NCBI RefSeq assembly: GCF_000698785.1
Contig: NZ_CP007536.1
Coordinates: 780,001-812,000, forward strand
Origin: Nitrososphaera viennensis EN76
GTDB lineage: Archaea; Thermoproteota; Nitrososphaeria; Nitrososphaerales; Nitrososphaeraceae
Direction of reading: 5' to 3'
Length of the DNA: 32,000 nucleotides
Numbering within the stretch: position 1 is the stretch's first letter; every line of letters begins with the position of its first letter. This document shows, piece after piece, positions 18,856 to 25,658 of the stretch. The position numbers were made by a program, and so were the translations under genes. The notes beneath the pieces are model-generated. The model was given only the letters and a program-made list of their open reading frames with translations. It did no database searches and was not told the DNA's origin.

Positions 18856-19596
18856 TTATCTTTCCGGCCACGTATCAGCAGCAATACTCTTGAACGGAAC
18901 GACTCCTCCGCCATAGAGCTCTTTGTCTATCAACTTCATCTCTTCCTTGATTTCTCCACATCTTTGTTTATTCTTGGATTTCTTGGCCTCGTAATATTCT
19001 GAGTGTAATCTATCCAATCTTTCGTCTAACACTACAGATTCTTTTTTCAATGCAAGCCACTCCTCCTTTGTCATACTATCAAGTCTTTCAGTACCTTGCC
19101 AGATGTGTTCTTCAGGGAATTTCCTCCAGCCTTCGACCTTTTTCCACGAAAGTGTTTTTGCATTTACATCTACAACTACGTCATTTACGTTCTGTCTGTC
19201 GTCCTGTGAGGATTCTATTCCATTTGCTCTGCCTTCAGTTGTCGATTTCGAATAGGCCAATTCTACTCCAGACGATATAGAGACATTGGATGTGTTTCGA
19301 AAATCTGCAATCCAGTCTTCACAGTTGCCTCCCTCTCTCATCTTGTACCTGTCCGTGAATATCTTGGTGCCGTCATCGTCCATATATGATACAGTGAATT
19401 CATGTTTCTTGACTGGAACTACAGACTGGATGGTGTACAGCACAATAAGCCTTGGCACAACGCCGTTCTCTGTTTCAAACATCAGTCTTGTGTTTGTAAG
19501 ATATAGCGTCCCATTGCCATATTTCCTTCCGTCATCACCAGACAGTTCGACCCTATCCTCTCTTACGAGTTTCTCGGTATCTTTCAATATTATCAT
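18856..19596 (-). CDS. Hypothetical protein with an N-terminal GRAM/bacterial-PH-like domain and a charged helical C-terminus
   Basis: GNGTLYLTNTRLMFE...VVPRLIVLYTIQSV resembles the PH/GRAM-like beta-sandwich start. It lies 23 nt downstream of vapC on the same strand. Confidence 0.5.
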   Translation of the reverse strand: MIILKDTEKLVREDRVELSGDDGRKYGNGTLYLTNTRLMFETENGVVPRLIVLYTIQSVVPVKKHEFTVSYMDDDGTKIFTDRYKMREGGNCEDWIADFRNTSNVSISSGVELAYSKSTTEGRANGIESSQDDRQNVNDVVVDVNAKTLSWKKVEGWRKFPEEHIWQGTERLDSMTKEEWLALKKESVVLDERLDRLHSEYYEAKKSKNKQRCGEIKEEMKLIDKELYGGGVVPFKSIAADTWPER

Positions 19597-19619
19597 ATTG
19601 GGATCACCATGGTTTACTG

Positions 19620-20033
19620 CTACCTCCTTGCACCCACTCTTTCGATCTGGACGTTATCGATACCATCGAACTCCGGGTCTGCACCGGTAACTAGCTTTGA
19701 CCTTAAAGTTTTTGCTGTTGCAGCTGCAAAAGCATCGGCCAAGGACAGCGAATGGTTTGCTTTCAACATGGCCGCTTCTTTCCATAATGCGTTATCTTTT
19801 ACAGAAACTATCTTGACACCAAAGCTCCTGACGTTTCTTTCCTTCTCCTCCGCCACTTTCTTGCTCTTTCTGCCAAGGATATAGTATAGTTCTGCCAGGT
19901 TAACGACATTCATGTATCCCTTTATCTTCCTGTCAAGAACCTGCTTGAGCAGGCCTGCAACATGTTCTGAGCCTTCCTCGCCCATGTAGAGGATAAGCAG
20001 GGCCTGAGTATCAAGTACTATGTTACTGCTCAC
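19620..20033 (-). CDS. vapC: PIN-domain toxin VapC
   Basis: IVLDTQALL (N-terminal Asp), NLAELYY (Glu), SLADAFAAATA (Asp) and LVTGADPEFD (C-terminal Asp) occur in the typical order. It overlaps the upstream antitoxin gene by 11 nt. Confidence 0.85.
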   Translation of the reverse strand: MSSNIVLDTQALLILYMGEEGSEHVAGLLKQVLDRKIKGYMNVVNLAELYYILGRKSKKVAEEKERNVRSFGVKIVSVKDNALWKEAAMLKANHSLSLADAFAAATAKTLRSKLVTGADPEFDGIDNVQIERVGARR

Positions 20034-20301
20034 TGCTTGATTTGCCGCCTCTTCTTAACAACTTCTTTTCTCTTTTAGCTTCCTCTGACCGGGCCTCCTC
20101 GATTAGCTCCTTGGACGTCTTGCCCTTGAAGAGCTCCTTGAGAGAACCTTTCTCCATCAGAGGGTCCGGAACCGGCTTCAGAAGCACACCTTCCTCCGTG
20201 TCCACGGCAAGGGCCTTTTTCCCTATCTTGTGCTTGTCTCTTAACTCCTTTGGTATTGTAGCCTGACCCTTCTTCGTTACTGTAACTACAGTCTCTACCA
20301 T
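20023..20301 (-). CDS. vapB: AbrB/SpoVT-fold antitoxin VapB
   Basis: VTVTKKGQATIPKELRDKHKI is the swapped-hairpin AbrB/MazE-type motif, followed by a charged C-terminal tail. Confidence 0.8.
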   Translation of the reverse strand: MVETVVTVTKKGQATIPKELRDKHKIGKKALAVDTEEGVLLKPVPDPLMEKGSLKELFKGKTSKELIEEARSEEAKREKKLLRRGGKSSSEQ

Positions 20302-20323
20302 TACCAGTAATATAATAGTTCAT

Positions 20324-20348
20324 GTAATACATAAAGATTGTGTATTAC
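20324..20348. promoter_or_regulatory. Perfect 8-bp inverted repeat (GTAATACA-N9-TGTATTAC) in the vapBC promoter region; candidate VapB operator
   Basis: Read directly from the sequence. It lies 23-47 nt upstream of the vapB start, next to an A/T-rich TATA-like stretch (TTATATTA on the minus strand). Confidence 0.45.
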
Positions 20349-20406
20349 TAATGCAATCCCTTCATCGTGATAAACGACGCAACCTTTTTCGTATCCAAAC
20401 AAGTCA

Positions 20407-20853
20407 ATGCTATCCCAAATGAAGGGTGTTTACGTCCTCCTGATGCATATTGGCAGGCCTGCTATCGCAAGAACCGGTTCCCTCGGTAGACTGCACTTTG
20501 AGAAAGGAGTCTACGCTTATGTCGGTTCAGCCCTCAATGGTCTAGAGCCAAGGATATCCAGACACCTGTCAAAAAGGAAGGAGAACATGCACTGGCACAT
20601 AGACTATCTTATAGGCTCTCCTTACGCGTCCACAGAATATGTGGTAATGGGAGACAAACAAGAGAGTCGAATGTAAAGTCAGCAAAGTGATTGCGTCTAA
20701 GCCATTCTCTAGCGAAGTACCTGCTTTTGGTTCAAGCGACTGTAGCTGCGACTCCATCTCTATAGACTTGATTCATCGATCGACGAGTCGCTACAAGATA
20801 TGAAAAAGATATTTTCTTCGCGGGAATTAACTCCTATTGTGTTGCACGTCTGA
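20407..20853 (+). pseudogene. DUF123 / Uri-superfamily (GIY-YIG-like) endonuclease gene disrupted by two compensating frameshifts
   Basis: Frame 1 encodes GVYVLLM...KGVYAYVGSALNGLEPRISRHL...HWHIDYL up to the stop at 20674-20676. Frame 2 (20648-20755) encodes ECKVSKVIA...PAFGSSDCSCDS. Frame 1 resumes at 20755 with HLYRLD... to the stop at 20851-20853. Joined together, these pieces reproduce my recollection of the DUF123 order: HWHIDYL ... EC ... FGSSDC-x-C-x-SHL. Confidence 0.55.
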
Positions 20854-20865
20854 TTAGATTCCTGT

Positions 20866-20873
20866 GTTTTAAG
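20866..20873 (+). promoter_or_regulatory. TATA-like box (GTTTTAAG)
   Basis: About 27-34 nt upstream of the ATG at 20900. Confidence 0.3.
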
Positions 20874-20899
20874 TCCTCGCAGTTTATGCTGCTGTATAC

Positions 20900-21601
20900 A
20901 TGCCTGAAGTGATAAGGTCGCTATGGTTTGAAGAGATAGGCTTCATTCATGAAAAGTTCTTTGACACGCCCATGGGAAAATTGACGGTAAGGCAGGTTGT
21001 CATAGTCTTTGTCTTTGGCATCTCTGCGTGGGCGGCATTTAACAGTGTAGGTGATGACATGCTAAAGGTTGCCATAACCAGCCTTCTTGTAATACTTGGC
21101 CTTGCATTTGCATTCCAGAGAATAAAGACCTTGACGCCGGAGCAGTCCATGATGTTTGCGCTATTTGCCAAAAGAATCGATGTTGGATCTGCAAGGAAGG
21201 AGAGCGCGGTACCGCCTTTTTCCACGCCGTCTGCGAGCGCAGGACAAGGTGGTACAGAAACCTTTGACATTTCTGTGCTGGATGCCGGCGATGACACCCA
21301 CGATACTCAGATACAGAAGCTGGTGGTCCTTGTTAGAGATCCCACGACCGGTAGCCCTTTGCCCAACAAGGGATGCGAGATACTGGTTGACGGTAAGAGT
21401 GCGGGAAAAAGATTAACAGACGAGGAGGGATTTCTCACCATCCCTTTTGTACCCGAGAAGCCGGGCATTAACACGATTGAAGTAAAACCAGAAGGGTATG
21501 CGGCAATTGTAAAGAGCATAACAGTCGACGTGCAGTTGCCGCAGCCGCGACAAGGTGGGCGGTTGCATGCTGCCAAGACCGGGCAGGGGATACAGAATTG
21601 A
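20900..21601 (+). CDS. VirB3/PrgI-like two-TM protein fused to a C-terminal Ig/CarboxypepD_reg-like domain
   Basis: EKFFDTPMGKLTVRQVVIVFVFGISAWAAF plus a second TM resembles the PrgI/VirB3 pattern (short cytoplasmic N-terminus, G-x-L-T-x-R-Q, two TM helices). The C-terminal part (VVLVRDPTTGSPLPNKGCEILVDGKSAGKRLTDEEGFLTIPF) looks like a beta-sandwich. Its stop overlaps the VirB4-like start (TTGA). Confidence 0.5.
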   Translation: MPEVIRSLWFEEIGFIHEKFFDTPMGKLTVRQVVIVFVFGISAWAAFNSVGDDMLKVAITSLLVILGLAFAFQRIKTLTPEQSMMFALFAKRIDVGSARKESAVPPFSTPSASAGQGGTETFDISVLDAGDDTHDTQIQKLVVLVRDPTTGSPLPNKGCEILVDGKSAGKRLTDEEGFLTIPFVPEKPGINTIEVKPEGYAAIVKSITVDVQLPQPRQGGRLHAAKTGQGIQN

Positions 21602-23481
21602 ACAATCCCGCCGGCTTTCTGACAGAATTATCGTGCAAAGACCGTTTCAAGTACATCTATGAAGTGCAGCCACTGAACTTTGTAATGCTGCCCAATTCGA
21701 AGCAGCAGGAACTTGTCGAGAGGTTCAGGCAGTTTCTCAATTCATTGAACAGCCGAATCCGACTTGTAGCCAAGAAGAGCAGCAAGGCAATTCCTATTGG
21801 CGACGGCTCATACCAAATGCAGTTCTACCGGTATTTTGTTGAAAGTGAGGAAAACATCGATGACAGGCTGTCAGGTTTCAGCCTGCTGTACAACAGAATT
21901 TCAGAAATTCCATCATATACAGTCGTGAGAAAGATGAGCGACAGGATAATACTCCCTGAAGGAAAGATGATCAGGACATTTACCCTGTACAAGCTGTCGA
22001 GCACTCTGGTCGAGGGTTTTGTTAGCGAGACGTACGGCATTGCCGACGAGGTTTCGATAGTAATTGTCCCAGTAATTCAGGAGCAGGCTACAGCAAAGAT
22101 GAACAAATACACGAAGTTCCTCAGCGGAATGATCCTTGCAGACCAGCAAAAGCGCAGAACATCACCTTACGAACTTGTCCAGAGGCATACGATGGCGCAG
22201 CAGACTCTGGAGCTCTTGACAAACGGCCAGACAAGATTGTTCAAGATAATAGTAAACTTTGTTGTCGGCGGAAAAGACAGAAAGGATCTAAACAGGAATG
22301 TGAAACTGCTAAAGAACACGCTGCAGGCCAGGCTGCTCTATCTCGACAGTCCGAGGTTTGTTCAAGGGCACCTGCTTGCCGGGAATCTGGGAAAGAGGCT
22401 TGTTGTAGATACGACTACTGCTGCTACGCTCTTTCCATTCGTGTCTGCCGACATCGTCGAATTGCCGGATGGCGTATTCCTAGGGGCAAACAAGCTCACC
22501 GGTGCTCCAGTCATTTACGACGTGTTCATGCATGACAACTATAACATATCGACTCTGGGCACAAGCGGCAGCGGCAAGTCGTTTTCAACAAAGATAATTG
22601 TGAGCAGGATGCTCCAGCGAAATCCTGATGCCGCCCTCTTTGTCTTTGACCCAGAAAACGAGTACATAAAGCTCGGAAACGTATTGGAAGCCAATGTTGT
22701 TAAATTTGATCCGCACTCAGATATGGGTCTGGATCCTCTGAAGATCTATTCTTCGATAGACGCTTCGGAGATAATCGCATCGATAACCAGCCTGCCGCAA
22801 GACTACCACGCCACGCTTCGCACCATTGCAAATAAAGCGGACGACATACAAGCGCTCTACAACAGCTGTCCTAGGAGCATGCAAGGCTATCTGAAAGATC
22901 TGGTTGATGATGGCACTCTGGCTCATGTTTTCAGAGGAAAACCGGTAGAGTTCACAGGCAGGATGATATTCTCGATGAAAGACATTGAAAGCAGCATCGA
23001 AAAGAACCTACTTTCCCTGCTGCTCTTTGGAAAGGTATGGAACATGATAAACGACGAATCACATTTGCCCAGGGCAGTACAGAAGATAGTCGTCGTAGAC
23101 GAAGCATGGCTTTACTTGGCAATTCCTGCCGCAGCCAGATTTCTGGAGAGGACCGCAAGGCTTGGAAGGAAGAGAAATGTCTGCTTCATAATCAACACCC
23201 AGAGGGCGGCAGATGTCCTTGGAGAGTCTGACGGAAAGCCGGGACTTGGAAGGTCGATAATTGAAAATAGCGCAACCAAGGTTCTGCTCAGGCAGGACGA
23301 GCTGTCTGCAGATGTTGTTGCAAGGGCTTTTGGCCTGTCTGAAAGGGAAAGGGAGCATCTTGTTGAGCTGGATTCAGGAAATGGGTTTTTGATAGCGCAG
23401 AATGTGCATGTTCCAATAAAGTTCATAGCATCGGAAGAGGAAGAGCAGATATTCACAACCAGGCCGTCGGACCAAGTATGA
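21598..23481 (+). CDS. VirB4/TrbE/CedB-like conjugation ATPase
   Basis: Walker A is GTSGSGKSFSTK (aa 321-332). Walker B is KIVVVDEAWLYL. The downstream RKRNVCFIINTQRAADV matches the conserved T-Q motif region of VirB4/TraC-type ATPases. The N-terminal half is non-ATPase, as in VirB4. Confidence 0.75.
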   Translation: MNNPAGFLTELSCKDRFKYIYEVQPLNFVMLPNSKQQELVERFRQFLNSLNSRIRLVAKKSSKAIPIGDGSYQMQFYRYFVESEENIDDRLSGFSLLYNRISEIPSYTVVRKMSDRIILPEGKMIRTFTLYKLSSTLVEGFVSETYGIADEVSIVIVPVIQEQATAKMNKYTKFLSGMILADQQKRRTSPYELVQRHTMAQQTLELLTNGQTRLFKIIVNFVVGGKDRKDLNRNVKLLKNTLQARLLYLDSPRFVQGHLLAGNLGKRLVVDTTTAATLFPFVSADIVELPDGVFLGANKLTGAPVIYDVFMHDNYNISTLGTSGSGKSFSTKIIVSRMLQRNPDAALFVFDPENEYIKLGNVLEANVVKFDPHSDMGLDPLKIYSSIDASEIIASITSLPQDYHATLRTIANKADDIQALYNSCPRSMQGYLKDLVDDGTLAHVFRGKPVEFTGRMIFSMKDIESSIEKNLLSLLLFGKVWNMINDESHLPRAVQKIVVVDEAWLYLAIPAAARFLERTARLGRKRNVCFIINTQRAADVLGESDGKPGLGRSIIENSATKVLLRQDELSADVVARAFGLSEREREHLVELDSGNGFLIAQNVHVPIKFIASEEEEQIFTTRPSDQV

Positions 23482-23667
23482 GGCCTCTCGGGGCAAGGTT
23501 TGTCAGAAATGACGGGTCGTTAGCGTGACCAGAGGTTCTAAATCTAGTGAGGGTGGGGGGCAAATCATGTCGAAACTGTCGGTACGAGCCACCAAGGCTA
23601 TGCAGCCGGCCTAGTCTTTTTATCGATGTTAAATATTCACGCAATATGTCCTTTTGGTGAAATATGA

Positions 23668-24063
23668 TTGTTTGTTGACGGTGCAATAACAGGTCTACTC
23701 TCGGCTCCGGCACTTGCCGTGTGGACGATGATTTCCCTCGCAGCTTCGTTGTTCCTGAGTCACAGGCTCACCTTTGTCAGGGGAGGCTCTGAGCAGGAAC
23801 AGGCAAAGGGACAGAGGATCATAGTTGGAGGAATACTTGGAGGTGTCGTGATGTACCTTGCACCCTACCTTGCCGCATGGCTGACAGGCATTGACTACAG
23901 AAATCCTCCTGCCAATCTACCGCCCCAGCTGGTATCGATGGTAGGAAACCTTCTGACTATGATCCAGTACATAGGAGTCGCGGTGATAATTGGTGGGATA
24001 ACGTGGGGCGCCATAGAACTCACTAGGAATAGACACACCTCAACAGGCGAACGACGAAAGTAG
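23668..24063 (+). CDS. Small hydrophobic protein (131 aa; signal-like segment plus two long hydrophobic helices); candidate VirB2/TrbC/CedA1-type conjugative pilin
   Basis: The call rests on topology only: ALAVWTMISLAASLFL, then IIVGGILGGVVMYLAPYLAAWL and VGNLLTMIQYIGVAVIIGGITWGAIEL, with a basic C-terminus. TTG start, uncertain. Confidence 0.4.
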   Translation: MFVDGAITGLLSAPALAVWTMISLAASLFLSHRLTFVRGGSEQEQAKGQRIIVGGILGGVVMYLAPYLAAWLTGIDYRNPPANLPPQLVSMVGNLLTMIQYIGVAVIIGGITWGAIELTRNRHTSTGERRK

Positions 24064-24079
24064 ACCAGGTCCTCCCAGA

Positions 24080-24598
24080 TTGGACATATCATCAGCTCCT
24101 CTCAGAGTGTTCCGAACATTCATGGCCATCTCTCTGGGCGCGCCCATCGTATTCTTTATTTATGATAGTTCCACTTCAGGTGTCCTTTTCTCATTCACAA
24201 GCTTCCTTTTTCTGTCGATATGGGCATCCGGGTTTTCACTCGATGTGTGGACCACCTACAAGTTCTACGCTGCAGACAGGGGGAACTTTTCAGTCAACGA
24301 GACCAACGCAGTATTTTCAAGGCTTGTAGAGCAATTTGGCTTTAGGAAGGGCTTGGCGGTGCAGCTGGTTCTTGTAGAAATTCCTGCAGCCATGGTGCTT
24401 GCTGTGCTACTGTATCCTGTATATCACACGTTTACTGAATATGGCTCAACTGGTATTGTGGCTGTTTTGAATCTGTCAGTTTCGTCGTTATCTTACCTGC
24501 CGGCTGCCCTGTGCCTGTTTGGAGTGGTACACATGATCGATGCCTTTGTGAACCTGAATGTGGAACGTAAAGAAAATCAAAGCAGGGTAAAACGATAG
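24080..24598 (+). CDS. Integral membrane protein (4-5 TM), unknown function
   Basis: Hydrophobic ORF in the T4SS-like block. The start is uncertain (TTG at 24080 or ATG at 24119). Confidence 0.55.
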   Translation: MDISSAPLRVFRTFMAISLGAPIVFFIYDSSTSGVLFSFTSFLFLSIWASGFSLDVWTTYKFYAADRGNFSVNETNAVFSRLVEQFGFRKGLAVQLVLVEIPAAMVLAVLLYPVYHTFTEYGSTGIVAVLNLSVSSLSYLPAALCLFGVVHMIDAFVNLNVERKENQSRVKR

Positions 24599-24647
24599 AC
24601 GGCACATCTGCTGACAGAATTTTCGTTTTTAAATGCAGGGGTGATGA

Positions 24648-25652
24648 ATGGATGGTTTTATGGTTATGATCGAGATCAGGCCATTCCAAATAAGCAGCTC
24701 CCAAAAGTATCCAAGTGATGGCTATATGGAACTATTGCAGAATTTGCATTCTAGTGGGAGAATCGGCAGGGTACTGTTGCAATGCGACAAATCTCAAAAC
24801 TACCCAGACAAGATATCCATCAGGTACTTCATAGACGTCGATGACGGCGGCAAAAGACAGGTTATAAGCAGCCTGTCAAAAATGCCAGTACAGGTTCTCT
24901 CCGGCTCCCCTCGACCAAGACGGTATGGCTATTTTGCAGAATTGAAGCTGAAAAGACCTTATCCTCTTCCCATGGTAGACCATTCTTCTAAAGCAGAAAA
25001 TAATTCAAACAACCCACTTTCCTCTGCAGCAGGAAACATAGCTGAATCACTGTATGGCGTGCCGTCAATGCTGGAGATAGTTTTCAGAGCAGACAGTCGC
25101 GCAGCTGTAAGAATATGGAACTACCTTGAAAAGTTCGAAAAGAAGTTGCCGTCTTCAGACATACTCTCGCAGCTGGCCAGTATGGGTGCAGGGTTTGCCA
25201 GCGAAGCAGCACGTTTTGGCTCGACCAAGAAAGGCGAATCCATGGGTCTGGCCAAACAAGACAAGGAGCTATCACTTTTTGAAAAGAACTTGCTTGAAGC
25301 CATGAAAATGAAGGCCAGATCGCACGCGTTATTCCTCTCAAAGATAACAGTATTCAGCATGAGCAGTGCCCACCTTGAAAACATAGTGAAGCAGTTTCCA
25401 AAGTGGCACAACGGATTTTCTGCAAAAGTAAAGAAGGTTGAACAGGCAGAAGGGCTTCTTCCGGGAGCTGCGCCGCCAGCGCTGTCACGATCCAAGGCAT
25501 CCCTTCTGCTTTCATTCCGCGAATACGGGCTTGCAATCCTCAGCATGGAAGAGATGCTGTCTATAATGGCAGTTCACCCATCACAACAGTCAGCGCATTT
25601 TGAGCAGGGCGTGTCAAGGCCTGGACCTGATTCCTCCATGCCGTCCAAGTGA
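24648..25652 (+). CDS. Hypothetical soluble protein (334 aa) immediately upstream of the coupling ATPase
   Basis: Long ORF ending 6 nt before the next start. No motif recognised. Confidence 0.6.
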   Translation: MDGFMVMIEIRPFQISSSQKYPSDGYMELLQNLHSSGRIGRVLLQCDKSQNYPDKISIRYFIDVDDGGKRQVISSLSKMPVQVLSGSPRPRRYGYFAELKLKRPYPLPMVDHSSKAENNSNNPLSSAAGNIAESLYGVPSMLEIVFRADSRAAVRIWNYLEKFEKKLPSSDILSQLASMGAGFASEAARFGSTKKGESMGLAKQDKELSLFEKNLLEAMKMKARSHALFLSKITVFSMSSAHLENIVKQFPKWHNGFSAKVKKVEQAEGLLPGAAPPALSRSKASLLLSFREYGLAILSMEEMLSIMAVHPSQQSAHFEQGVSRPGPDSSMPSK

Positions 25653-25658
25653 TGCCGA

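Noticed and set aside
23567-23614. 15-codon sORF (MSKLSVRATKAMQPA) preceded by a G-rich SD-like GAGGGTGGGGGG in the VirB4/small-membrane-gene spacer
   Set aside because: It is too short to support from sequence alone. It could be a real leader peptide, but conservation or ribosome profiling would be needed.
23482-23667. Looked for tRNA genes or att sites in the longer spacers (also 28362-29108 and 14067-14122)
   Set aside because: No cloverleaf-compatible arms or T-loop GTTCRANNC-type motif were seen by eye. tRNAscan-SE would be decisive.
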